Shown: positions 35,393 through 44,521 of the stretch, in pieces
Layout: each line of letters opens with the position of its first letter
How positions within the stretch are numbered: position 1 is the first letter of the stretch
From: a bacterium
Lineage (GTDB): Bacteria > Patescibacteriota > Minisyncoccia > Phycocordibacterales > Phycocordibacteraceae
Length of the DNA: 64,000 nt
Direction: 5' to 3'
Assembly: GCA_030651285.1 (NCBI GenBank)
Contig: JAUSCN010000013.1
Coordinates: 28,448-92,447, forward strand
Program-made: the position numbers and the translations under genes
Notes under the pieces: model-generated
What the model was told of the DNA's origin: nothing
What the model saw: only the letters and a program-made list of their open reading frames with translations
Database searches by the model: none

Positions 35393-36136
35393 ATGCTTAT
35401 AGTCGCAAACTGGAAAGCCTACGTTGAAGATATAAAGAAAGCTAAGAGTCTTGTCGCGACGAGCAAGAAACTTGCTCGCACGACAGATGTAAGCGTCGTT
35501 CTTGCTCCGCCTTCACCACTTCTTGGGATTCTCGCTGAGAAAAATAAATCAAAAGTCGCCTTTTCAGCACAAGATGTTTCCGTTACAACTGGCGGAGCAC
35601 AGACAGGGGAAGCGACTGCCCAAGCATACGCGGCTGCCGGAGCAACGTACGCAATCATTGGTCATTCTGAACGACGAGCGAAGGGCGATACGAACGAGCT
35701 CATTTCTCAAAAGCTGGCGCACGCGATCGCTCACGGCCTAACTCCAATCCTCTGTATCGGCGAACAGGAACGCGATGGGGAAGGGCGCTACCTCTCTGTC
35801 GTGCGTGAAGAGATCACTCTCGCGATCGAATCGCTCATGCCGAAAGAGCGTGCAAAAGTCATCATTGCTTACGAACCCTTGTGGGCGATAGGCAAGACAG
35901 CCGCTGAAGCAATAACTTCTGCTGACCTTGGGGAGATGGTGCTCTATATAAGGAAAGTGCTCGCGGAACTGCTTCCTGGGAAGAGCTCGGGGCATTCCCT
36001 CGTACTCTACGGGGGCTCGGTCGAGCCAGGCAATATCCGCCCGCTCGCAGGAAGCTCTGGAGTAGATGGATTCCTCGTAGGACATGCATCAGTCGACCCT
36101 GCCGCCTTTTCACTTATCGTAAAAAATCTTATCTAA
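35393..36136 (+). CDS. tpiA: triosephosphate isomerase
   Basis: ANWK, IGHSERR and AYEPLWAIGTG-like (AYEPLWAIGKT) motifs. Confidence 0.93.
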   Translation: MLIVANWKAYVEDIKKAKSLVATSKKLARTTDVSVVLAPPSPLLGILAEKNKSKVAFSAQDVSVTTGGAQTGEATAQAYAAAGATYAIIGHSERRAKGDTNELISQKLAHAIAHGLTPILCIGEQERDGEGRYLSVVREEITLAIESLMPKERAKVIIAYEPLWAIGKTAAEAITSADLGEMVLYIRKVLAELLPGKSSGHSLVLYGGSVEPGNIRPLAGSSGVDGFLVGHASVDPAAFSLIVKNLI

Positions 36137-36143
36137 ATACATC

Positions 36144-37307
36144 ATGCGTACCGTCCGCGACATCAAGGTCTTTGAAAATATTCCTATTCTCGTCCGCGCA
36201 GCACTGAATGTCCCGATTGAGAACGGCGAAGTTACTAACGACTACCGTTTACGCCGCGCATTGCCGACCATCAAATTCCTATCTGAGCGTGGCGCAAAAG
36301 TCATACTCATAAGCCATTTAGGGGAGCAGGGGACGGAGACACTTGAGCCGGTCGCACGAGCGCTCGGGAAACTCATTACGGGTGTGACGTTTTTCGGAGA
36401 GACCGCAGGGGAGCGCACTCGCGGAGCAGTACGCAGTCTTCCAGCAGGAGGCATTCTTATGCTCGAAAACCTGCGCCGCGACAAGCGCGAGCAGTCGAAC
36501 GATCCATCATTTGCGAGCGAGCTTGCCGCCCTCGCTGATATTTTTGTTGAGGATTCTTTTGACACCTGCCATCGAGAACACGCTTCAATAGTAGGAGTTC
36601 CAAAACTTCTCCCTTCCTACGCTGGCCTCCTTCTTGAAGATGAAGTGCGCGAGCTCGAAGGTGCACGCACACCCGAACATCCGGCTCTTGCCATCATCGG
36701 CGGAGCTAAGTTCAGTACCAAGGAAGGAGTCCTCACGACACTGCTTGAGAAATACGATCATGTGTTTGTCGGGGGTGCGCTCGCAAATGATTTCCTCAAA
36801 GCTTCAGGGCAGGAAGTAGGGAAGTCGCTCACGTCAAATGCCGACGAAGCTGCTGTGAAGAAGCTTCTTACCAACCCGAAGCTCGTACTACCGATTGATT
36901 CGCGAGTCGTGCCAGTAGACATCATCACCGCCATGAACGCGCATATGGAGGCGCGAGTAGCACATGCCGGAGAAGTACACGCAGACGACGTCATTCTCGA
37001 TCATGGCCCGGGCACAGCAGTACTCATTTCTGAACTCGCAAAGAAAGCAAAAACCGTCCTTTGGAACGGACCTCTCGGAAACTACGAACATGGATTCGTC
37101 GACGCAACTGATTATTTTGCACATGCGATTGCGCACTCAGATGCGCACACAATAGTCGGGGGAGGCGACACAATAGCGTCGATCGAGAAACTCGGACTCC
37201 TGTCACGGCTCTCATTCGTCTCCACTGGCGGAGGAGCGATGCTCGACTACCTAGCCTACGGAACACTTCCGGGCATCGAAGCGCTCGACGCTCATCCGAT
37301 AGTCTGA
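36144..37307 (+). CDS. pgk: phosphoglycerate kinase
   Basis: RAALNVP, SHLG, GGAKFSTK and STGGGA motifs. Confidence 0.93.
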   Translation: MRTVRDIKVFENIPILVRAALNVPIENGEVTNDYRLRRALPTIKFLSERGAKVILISHLGEQGTETLEPVARALGKLITGVTFFGETAGERTRGAVRSLPAGGILMLENLRRDKREQSNDPSFASELAALADIFVEDSFDTCHREHASIVGVPKLLPSYAGLLLEDEVRELEGARTPEHPALAIIGGAKFSTKEGVLTTLLEKYDHVFVGGALANDFLKASGQEVGKSLTSNADEAAVKKLLTNPKLVLPIDSRVVPVDIITAMNAHMEARVAHAGEVHADDVILDHGPGTAVLISELAKKAKTVLWNGPLGNYEHGFVDATDYFAHAIAHSDAHTIVGGGDTIASIEKLGLLSRLSFVSTGGGAMLDYLAYGTLPGIEALDAHPIV

Positions 37308-37702
37308 CGAATCTTTTCGGCAAGAAGAGCCGCGTCGCGAGACGCGGTTTCTTTTTGCTCCCAGAATGAAAACTCATTTCGGTCGTGACGCGGAATAATA
37401 TGGAAGTGGAGATGAAACACAATCTGTCCTGCTGCCGCTTCATGGTTAGAATTTATATGCACGCCATGTGCGCCGACCGCGTCACGCACCGCTGGAGCGA
37501 TTTTGCGCACAGTACGCATAACCGCCGCAAGAGTCTTGTCGTCTACATCAAAAATATTTCGTACTGGCTTTTTTGGGATCACAAGCGTGTGGCCAGGTGC
37601 GACGGGTTTCACATCGAGGAACGCGAGAGTCTCGGCATCTTCGTACACAATATCGGCAGGGATTTCCCGCCGGACGATTTTCGTAAAAATGGTGTCTTCC
37701 AT
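37292..37702 (-). CDS. HIT-family nucleotide hydrolase
   Basis: IFTKIVRREIPA.., and histidine triad HLHFHIIP. The start is set at MEDTIF. It overlaps the pgk 3' end by 16 nt. Confidence 0.88.
   Translation of the reverse strand: MEDTIFTKIVRREIPADIVYEDAETLAFLDVKPVAPGHTLVIPKKPVRNIFDVDDKTLAAVMRTVRKIAPAVRDAVGAHGVHINSNHEAAAGQIVFHLHFHIIPRHDRNEFSFWEQKETASRDAALLAEKIRQTIG
37330..37356 (+). terminator. rho-independent terminator of pgk embedded in the convergent HIT gene
   Basis: ccgcgtc-gcga-gacgcgg followed by tttcttttt. Confidence 0.6.
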
Positions 37703-37727
37703 CTCGCAAGTATACAATGTGCAGCAC

Positions 37728-39470
37728 ATGTTTCCGCTCCACGACCCGCTCAACGAAGAGCTAAGAAAAGAACTTTCGGCGCATGATGATCTAACCGCCG
37801 CACTTCTTGCTCGTCGCGGTATTTCCAAAAAAGAAGATGCTGAAAAGTTCCTGAATCCTTCATACGATCTGCATCTATACGATCCGCTTCTCATGATCGA
37901 TATGAAAAAAGCTGCGGACCGTTTTTCTCGTGCGATTCTTTCAGGAGAAAAAATTGCGGTATGGAGCGACTATGACTGTGACGGAATTCCAGGCGGCGTC
38001 CTGCTTCATGACTTCCTGAAAAAAGCTGGCGCGAATTTTGAAAATTATATTCCGCATCGACACGAGGAAGGGTACGGCATGAACGTGAGCGGCATAGAAA
38101 AACTCGCAAAAAATGGAGCGACTCTTGTCGTCACCGTAGATTCCGGCATCACCGATACTGAACCTGTCGCGCGTGCAAATGAACTCGGTATAAATGTGAT
38201 TATCACCGACCATCACCTTCCCGGAGAAAAATTACCGAATGCGTTCGCGGTCGTAAATCCAAACGCGCGCGACGATGAAACGTATCCGTTCCGCGCACTG
38301 TGCGGATCAGGTGTCGCATGGAAACTCGTGTGCGCGACACTTGCGGTCGCACCAGCACTTCGCGAACGCGTGCCAGAAGGATGGGAGAAGTGGCTGCTCG
38401 ATATGGTCGGACTCGCAACAATCGCCGACATGGTTCCGCTTGTTGATGAGAACAGACTGCTCGCAACCTACGGACTTAGGGTCATGCGCAAATCGCCGCG
38501 CCTCGGTCTTCAGAAAATGTGCCGCGGCATGCGCGTAGAGCAGCGCAATATCACCGAAGACGATGTTGGTTTCATGATCGCCCCACGAGTAAACGCAGCG
38601 AGCCGGATGGGCGATGCGCGCGACGCATTTCAACTCTTCACGACTCTCAATGAGAGTGAGGCTGACATGCTTTCGAAGAAAATGGAGAAGGCGAATCGAA
38701 CTCGGAAAGCGGAGTCCGGAGCGATCACTCGCGCGGTACACACACGATTGAAAGAGCGCGGAGAAATTCGCAGTGTAATCGCACTTGGCGATCCAGAGTG
38801 GCGGCCGGCACTTCTCGGACTCGTTGCAAACACGATCGCAGACGAATATGAACGGCCAGTCTTCTTGTGGGGAAGGGAGGGAAACATGCGCCTCAAGGGA
38901 TCAGTGCGGAGTGGCGGTGCGACACACATCATGGAGCTCATGCGCGCGACAGAGAAAGCGTTCGTCGAATTCGGCGGGCATGCAGCCGCAGGCGGTTTCA
39001 CTGTGCAAGATACAGAAGTTTTCTTTCTTGAAGACCGACTCGTCGAGGCGCACGAGAAAATACGAAATGGAGAAAAGAACGGAAACGATCTTGCACTGCG
39101 GGCTGATGCGGACATCTTTCCACATGAAGTATCAAACACTCTGCTCACAAAGATCGAAAAGCTCTCCCCGTTTGGCATGCAAAACCCAAAACCAGTGTTT
39201 CTGATGCGAGAGGTCGTAGTACGCGAGATTTCACGCTTCGGGAAAGGAGAGGAGCACCTGAAGTTAAAAATAATTTCATCGAACGGAGACGGGCGCACGA
39301 TTGATGCGGTCACTTTTTTCGCAAAAGGCTCGCTCGCGCGAATGGCCACATCTATAAAAACGGGTGGACTCGTTCACCTACTCGCACACCTTGAGCGCGA
39401 CACATTTTCACGCGGCAACCCCGTCCGTTTGCGACTACTCGATATTCGCGACGCGAATCCCAAACACTAG
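37728..39470 (+). CDS. recJ: single-stranded-DNA-specific exonuclease RecJ
   Basis: DHH motifs DYDCDG, VTVDSG and ITDHH, plus a DHHA1 region GGHAAAGG. The start is set at MFPLHDPL. Confidence 0.9.
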   Translation: MFPLHDPLNEELRKELSAHDDLTAALLARRGISKKEDAEKFLNPSYDLHLYDPLLMIDMKKAADRFSRAILSGEKIAVWSDYDCDGIPGGVLLHDFLKKAGANFENYIPHRHEEGYGMNVSGIEKLAKNGATLVVTVDSGITDTEPVARANELGINVIITDHHLPGEKLPNAFAVVNPNARDDETYPFRALCGSGVAWKLVCATLAVAPALRERVPEGWEKWLLDMVGLATIADMVPLVDENRLLATYGLRVMRKSPRLGLQKMCRGMRVEQRNITEDDVGFMIAPRVNAASRMGDARDAFQLFTTLNESEADMLSKKMEKANRTRKAESGAITRAVHTRLKERGEIRSVIALGDPEWRPALLGLVANTIADEYERPVFLWGREGNMRLKGSVRSGGATHIMELMRATEKAFVEFGGHAAAGGFTVQDTEVFFLEDRLVEAHEKIRNGEKNGNDLALRADADIFPHEVSNTLLTKIEKLSPFGMQNPKPVFLMREVVVREISRFGKGEEHLKLKIISSNGDGRTIDAVTFFAKGSLARMATSIKTGGLVHLLAHLERDTFSRGNPVRLRLLDIRDANPKH

Positions 39471-39607
39471 AGCCGTGAGTTTGAGCGGTGAGAAACGTGT
39501 TGGCTCGGAAGGCGACGACCCGAGAGTGAAGTGCCGCGCTAGCCAGGCGCGGGCGGCGCACGGTTCGCGATCGCACAAACTCAAAGCATCTTGCTATACT
39601 GCCCCTC

Positions 39608-40027
39608 ATGCATTTTACGATTCATGCCGACGGCGGCGCACGAGGTAACCCAGGACCAGCAGGGGCGGGCGCGATGATCCGTGACGAACTCGGAAACTCG
39701 GTCGCAAGCGTCTCAAAATTTCTCGGTCACCGCACCAACAATTTCGCCGAGTACGAGGCAGTCATCCTCGCATTTGAAGAGCTCGCAAAACTCGTCCCCC
39801 AAGCGAAGAGGGGAGCAACGAATGTTTCCGTGAAGCTCGACAGCGAGCTGATCGTGAAGCAGATGAACGGCGTCTACAAGATAAAACACCCCGTCATGAA
39901 AGCGCAGTACGCGCGACTCATTCAGGCCGGAGCGGCATTCGGTAAGATCACGTTCACGCACGTCTTCCGTGCCGAGAACTCCGACGCCGACACCCTCGCC
40001 AACGAAGCGATGGATCGTGGAGAGTAA
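39608..40027 (+). CDS. rnhA: ribonuclease HI family protein
   Basis: IHADGGARGNPGPAG, NNFAEYEAVILA and NSDADTLAN (DEDD layout). Confidence 0.85.
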   Translation: MHFTIHADGGARGNPGPAGAGAMIRDELGNSVASVSKFLGHRTNNFAEYEAVILAFEELAKLVPQAKRGATNVSVKLDSELIVKQMNGVYKIKHPVMKAQYARLIQAGAAFGKITFTHVFRAENSDADTLANEAMDRGE

Positions 40028-40046
40028 CATGTACGCATAATCCTTA

Positions 40047-40154
40047 ATGAGGATGAGTTTTCCTGTCCTTATTGTTTCAGGATTTACGAGCGAGGTGTTT
40101 CTCTGCTCACTTTTCGAAACTAGACTTTCTAAAAATACTGGGTTAGGTTACTAG
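40047..40154 (+). pseudogene. degenerate copy of the comEC 5' end (35-codon remnant ORF)
   Basis: By hand alignment, 40047-40115 matches 40463-40531 at 53 of 69 positions. MRMSFPVLIVSGFTSEVFLCSLF compares with MPMGFLIVIVSGFASGVFLRSLF. Confidence 0.6.
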
Positions 40155-40186
40155 CGGAATAAGCCTTAATCAAAGGAGGTGCTGGC

Positions 40187-40423
40187 ATGGGAACTTGCGC
40201 TTGTGGGCATTCTTCAAATAAATTTCCGATGTATCTTATGATCATCGGGTTTGAGAGACGTTTTTTACCACTGCCGGATGCTGGGAGAATGTTCGATGCA
40301 GGACATATCAAAGTCAGTATCGGAAATCTAGTTCTCGAAATTAATCACTCTGTTCGGGACATCACATCCGAAGAAGTGACTAAAATATCTGAGGCCGCTG
40401 ACAGGTACAGCGCCAGTAAGTGA
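40187..40423 (+). CDS. hypothetical small protein (78 aa)
   Basis: Strong SD AAAGGAGGTG lies 5 nt before the ATG. No family was recognised. The gene sits between the comEC remnant and comEC. Confidence 0.5.
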   Translation: MGTCACGHSSNKFPMYLMIIGFERRFLPLPDAGRMFDAGHIKVSIGNLVLEINHSVRDITSEEVTKISEAADRYSASK

Positions 40424-40462
40424 TCTTTCCGATGCCGGTTCAGAAATTGTATTTGGTACGAT

Positions 40463-41965
40463 ATGCCAATGGGTTTTCTGATCGTCATCGTTTCAGGATT
40501 TGCGAGCGGAGTATTTCTCCGCTCGCTTTTCATTTTTACCTGGCAGCCAGTTTTGTTTGTATTACTCCTTGCAGCACTTCTGAGTGCTGCGGCATTTTTG
40601 AAGCCGCGCCTTGCGTACTCGCTTGGCGCGGCTTTCTGTATTTTTCTTGCGTTCGGAATGTTGCGCGCAACATTTACCGATACCCCCTTACCGAGCACGT
40701 TCGCAAAAGATCTGCGGCATCGAGTTTCGTATGAAGGCATCGTCGTTTCTGACCCTGATATTCGCGACGCGAATCAACGCATCACGATCGAAATTACGAA
40801 CGGTGGCGAATCTACGATTATGCTTGCGATCGCTCCGAGAGATCCGAAAGTATCAGTCGGCGATACGGTGCGCGTTTCAGGAACACTTACTCTTCCCGAG
40901 GACTTTACTGAAAACGGACGGACGTTTCATTACAAAAAATATTTAGAGAAAGATGGTATTCGCTTTATACTCAATTTCGCATATGTGCGAGTAACTGAAG
41001 AAGCTCTATGGTATTCAGTTCCAGCATTTTTCGCACGATTGAAACACTCCTTTCTCGACGGACTCACTGTCACACTTCCGGAACCATACGCATCGCTTGC
41101 GGGCGGTATCGTGATAGGAGGGAAGTCCGGACTCGGGAACGAACTCAAAGATGACTTCGTCCGCTCCGGCCTTGTGCAGATCATCGTCCTTTCTGGCTAC
41201 AACATCATGATCATTGCAGAATGGATCATGATCGCTCTCATGCACACGAAACTGCCGAGACGCATGAGTATCGTCGCTGGAGGAATCGCAATACTTTTGT
41301 TCGTCGGCATCGCAGGAGCTTCAGCTACTGCAATCCGCGCAGCACTCATGGCACTCATCGCGTTATATGCGAGAGCGACTGCACGCACCTACACTGCCGG
41401 GCGCGCACTTCTTCTTATTGTCCTCCTGATGCTTGTTTGGAACCCACTCTATCTCATGTACGATCCCGGATTCAGTCTCTCAGTCGCAGCAACAGCCGGT
41501 CTTATCTGGCTCGCGCCTCGTATAGAAACATTCCTGCCATTCCTGAAAAACGAATTCTGGAAGAGCGCGATCGCTACGACACTTGCCGCTCAAATTGCTG
41601 TGCTGCCACTTCTTTTATATGACACGGGAAACTTGTCGCTCGTCGCGCTCCCAGCAAACCTGCTTGCCATGCCGATCGTACCAATCGCAATGGGACTTTC
41701 CGCAATCGCTGGTTTTGCAGGAATATTGTTCGGCGGTTTCGCTCCTCTACTTGGGGTCATGCTCGCTCTACCGGCTTATGCCGCGAGCTGGTACCTGATA
41801 ACTCTCGCGAGTGAGTCTTCCGCACTTCCTTTCGCGGCGTTTACGCTCCCACCGTTCCCATTCTGGCTTGTGCCAGTGGCGTATGTAGTTTTACTTTATT
41901 TTGCCTCTTCGAAACGTTTTTCGACTACACCCCAGTTGATATTAGAGAAGAATGCATCAATATAA
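40463..41965 (+). CDS. comEC: ComEC/Rec2 DNA internalisation channel (DUF4131 + competence domains, no MBL domain)
   Basis: OB-like N-terminal region (RVSGTLTLPEDF), then a polytopic Competence domain (LVQIIVLSGYNIMII, multiple TM helices). Confidence 0.85.
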   Translation: MPMGFLIVIVSGFASGVFLRSLFIFTWQPVLFVLLLAALLSAAAFLKPRLAYSLGAAFCIFLAFGMLRATFTDTPLPSTFAKDLRHRVSYEGIVVSDPDIRDANQRITIEITNGGESTIMLAIAPRDPKVSVGDTVRVSGTLTLPEDFTENGRTFHYKKYLEKDGIRFILNFAYVRVTEEALWYSVPAFFARLKHSFLDGLTVTLPEPYASLAGGIVIGGKSGLGNELKDDFVRSGLVQIIVLSGYNIMIIAEWIMIALMHTKLPRRMSIVAGGIAILLFVGIAGASATAIRAALMALIALYARATARTYTAGRALLLIVLLMLVWNPLYLMYDPGFSLSVAATAGLIWLAPRIETFLPFLKNEFWKSAIATTLAAQIAVLPLLLYDTGNLSLVALPANLLAMPIVPIAMGLSAIAGFAGILFGGFAPLLGVMLALPAYAASWYLITLASESSALPFAAFTLPPFPFWLVPVAYVVLLYFASSKRFSTTPQLILEKNASI

Positions 41966-42486
41966 TTTTTCTTCTCCGCAGGAACATAGTCCACCATAAA
42001 TGCGTGTTCCCATAGATCGAGTGCGAGAATAATCGGAAGACCTGAAAGCTGACCAAGTTCGTGATCATTTACGAAAACCGTATGTAGCGTATGTGCACTC
42101 GGGTCAGCATAAACGACAACCCAGCCAATGCCACGACTTCCTGCAACCTCCTTTATATGAGTGATGATGTCCTGGTTTCCATATTTTTCTGCAACCAATC
42201 TTCCAAAAGTGCTATCGGCAACAATCGGAACAGAACCACCTTCGAATTGCGAGAAGTAGTATTCATGCATGCGCATGCCGTCGAATTCAAACGCAAAACG
42301 GCGGCGCAATTCTGAAACCATGTACGGATCGAGCTCAAGCTGTCCGGAACGAACGGCTGCCAGCTTCTCCATAATGAAGTTCGTATGCTTCACATATCCC
42401 TCATACAGTGCGAGGTGCACTTTGACCTGCTTTTCTGAGATCCCATTGAGTGCGGAGATATTGAATGATTTTGTTGGGTATGTCAT
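41896..42486 (-). CDS. sodA: Fe/Mn superoxide dismutase
   Basis: HLALYEGYV.., and the DLWEHAF signature. The start is set at MTYPTKSF. The 3' end overlaps comEC by 70 nt. Confidence 0.88.
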   Translation of the reverse strand: MTYPTKSFNISALNGISEKQVKVHLALYEGYVKHTNFIMEKLAAVRSGQLELDPYMVSELRRRFAFEFDGMRMHEYYFSQFEGGSVPIVADSTFGRLVAEKYGNQDIITHIKEVAGSRGIGWVVVYADPSAHTLHTVFVNDHELGQLSGLPIILALDLWEHAFMVDYVPAEKKNYIDAFFSNINWGVVEKRFEEAK

Positions 42487-42503
42487 GCGATAAAATCTAG
42501 CAC

Positions 42504-43091
42504 ATGAAGGAAAAACCGCCGATGAGCGCCTATGATCTTCTTGTGCTTGCACTTATCGTAGGGAACTTATTCTTCTACACAACACTATTCGCACCCACCA
42601 AGCTCCGAGTCGCCGTCCTAGATGTCGGGAAGGAGGGGAGAGTAGTTCTCATAAAAAGCCCGGGAGGTAGTGTCGTACTCGTTAATGCCGGCCCAGACGC
42701 AAGTATTCTTCGCGCTCTCGGTACAGAAATGCCTCCCTGGCAACGGAAAATCGACGCGGTACTGTTTACAGAGACATCTGTAACGGCGGCGGCGGGCCTA
42801 CCTGCAGCGCTCGAACGCTACCAAATAGGGGTATTGATACGCCCTGCCGCACAGGGAACACGAAGCACTGAAGCACTTATTAGAGCAGTGGGTACTAAAC
42901 ATAACCTAAAACAGGTCATTATGGGACCCAGAATGAGTCTGGATCTTGGCGATAAAACAAGTATTTCTACCCCTTCACCCGGAGGAATCGTCATTTCTTA
43001 TAAGAAAACGGTGCTCCGTATAACGAAAAACACGCCTTCCGGCGCATTTTCCTCTGATGGAGAGACCCTGGAGAGGGTTACACCGTATTAA
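42504..43091 (+). CDS. stand-alone ComEC-type metallo-beta-lactamase-like domain with degenerate metal motifs
   Basis: A TM helix is followed by RVAVLDVGKEGRVVLIKSPGGSVVLVNAGPD, which follows the ComEC MBL pattern (FLDVGQGD..). The HxHxDH position reads TETSVT. Confidence 0.6.
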   Translation: MKEKPPMSAYDLLVLALIVGNLFFYTTLFAPTKLRVAVLDVGKEGRVVLIKSPGGSVVLVNAGPDASILRALGTEMPPWQRKIDAVLFTETSVTAAAGLPAALERYQIGVLIRPAAQGTRSTEALIRAVGTKHNLKQVIMGPRMSLDLGDKTSISTPSPGGIVISYKKTVLRITKNTPSGAFSSDGETLERVTPY

Positions 43092-43330
43092 ATAACACCG
43101 GCTTTCTTCAAGGCGGCGAAAGCGCCGTTCTTCTTGATGGTCTTAAGACCCTTCACGGAGACGTCGATAACGATAGTCTTTTTGAGTTCGGGCACGTAAA
43201 TGCGGCGTTTCTGGAGGTTTGCCTTACGACGAACCTTGCCGGTCGGGTTAAATTGGGTTGCGCGGGTACGGTTAGAATAGCGCCCACCGACTTGAGTGCT
43301 CTTTCCAGTGATTTCGCAGGCTCGTGCCAT
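43088..43330 (-). CDS. rpmB: 50S ribosomal protein L28
   Basis: MARACEITGKSTQVGGRYSN.. Confidence 0.9.
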   Translation of the reverse strand: MARACEITGKSTQVGGRYSNRTRATQFNPTGKVRRKANLQKRRIYVPELKKTIVIDVSVKGLKTIKKNGAFAALKKAGVI

Positions 43331-43369
43331 AGTTCCCGCATGGTAGCATAGGTTACGAAACCAGCAAAC

Positions 43370-43996
43370 ATGGACACCATTTTAAGCCTTGTCATCCTTA
43401 TTCTTTCAGTTATCGCGCACGAAGTAGCCCACGGCTACGCCGCAAACTCCCTCGGCGACCCGACCGCGCGCCTTGCGGGCCGCCTCACCCTCAACCCACT
43501 CCCACATATCGACCTCATGGGTTCGATTATTCTCCCCATACTTCTCATCTCGACTCATTCTCCGATCCTTTTTGGATGGGCAAAGCCAGTACCCTATAAT
43601 CCGTACAACCTCAGAAGTCAGCGCTGGGGCGAGGCCCTTGTTGCGGTCGCTGGAAGTGCAACAAATCTGCTCCTAGCCATCGTTTTCGGTCTCATTGTGC
43701 GTTTCGGCTCGAATATCGGGATTAGTGAGACGACCCTCGTGCTTGCCGCGACTATCAGCTTCATAAACCTTTTCCTTGGGCTTTTTAACCTCATTCCGTT
43801 TCCACCGCTCGATGGCTTCACCGCACTCCGCACAGCGCTCCCATGGCACCTTTCGGCACCCTTGCATCAACTTGAACACAAAGTGCACTCTGCTGGAGTA
43901 ATATCGCTCATCCTCTTCCTCATTATTTTTTCCTATATTTTTGCGGGACCATTCTTCACCTTTGTCCGCTGGATCTTCGGAATGATTGTGGGGTAG
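43370..43996 (+). CDS. M50-family (site-2 protease-like) membrane metalloprotease
   Basis: HEVAHG (HExxH) in the first TM helix and NLIPFPPLDG in a later TM helix. Confidence 0.85.
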   Translation: MDTILSLVILILSVIAHEVAHGYAANSLGDPTARLAGRLTLNPLPHIDLMGSIILPILLISTHSPILFGWAKPVPYNPYNLRSQRWGEALVAVAGSATNLLLAIVFGLIVRFGSNIGISETTLVLAATISFINLFLGLFNLIPFPPLDGFTALRTALPWHLSAPLHQLEHKVHSAGVISLILFLIIFSYIFAGPFFTFVRWIFGMIVG

Positions 43997-44097
43997 GGGG
44001 CGACAGGGAATTGATTAGCGACCCCGCTCCCTATTGTCCACTACGTACGTGCTATTGGTGCACGAAACAGGAAGACGCGACTGCTATACTGAAGCAG

Positions 44098-44520
44098 ATG
44101 GAGTATCACGTTCCGCAGTTCATCGAAGTCGAAGATAAGATCGTCGGACCTCTCACTCTCCGACAATTCATCTACCTTGCCGGAGCGGGTGGGTTCTGTG
44201 TCGTCTTCTTCGTGTACCTACCAGCTATTGCTGCATTCCTCCTCTCTGCCCCGATGGTGGGTCTTGCGGCGGCGCTCGCTTTTTATAAAGTAAACGGAAA
44301 ATCGTTCATCGAGATACTCGAGGCCGGATTTAATTACTACACAGGAGCGAAGCTTTTTCTCTGGATGCATCACGAACCAAAAAAGGAAGATCCAAGTCTT
44401 GCGGTCGCCGCCGCCACTGCAGCAGAAAAAGCGGCCCAGAAGCGCACTGCTCAGAAGCTTACGCGCGGCAAACTGACAGAGCTCGCATGGTCGCTCGATA
44501 TTAAGTCGCCACAACGATAA
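44098..44520 (+). CDS. PrgI-family (VirB3-like) T4SS membrane protein
   Basis: YHVPQFIEVEDKIVGPLTLRQFIYLAGAG followed by two TM helices. The start is set at the ATG (MEYHVPQF). Confidence 0.7.
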   Translation: MEYHVPQFIEVEDKIVGPLTLRQFIYLAGAGGFCVVFFVYLPAIAAFLLSAPMVGLAAALAFYKVNGKSFIEILEAGFNYYTGAKLFLWMHHEPKKEDPSLAVAAATAAEKAAQKRTAQKLTRGKLTELAWSLDIKSPQR

Positions 44521-44521
44521 T

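Noticed and set aside
38630-39349. 239-aa minus-strand ORF
   Set aside because: It is antisense to recJ, with a Ser/Arg/Phe-rich translation typical of the reverse frame of a GC-balanced gene.
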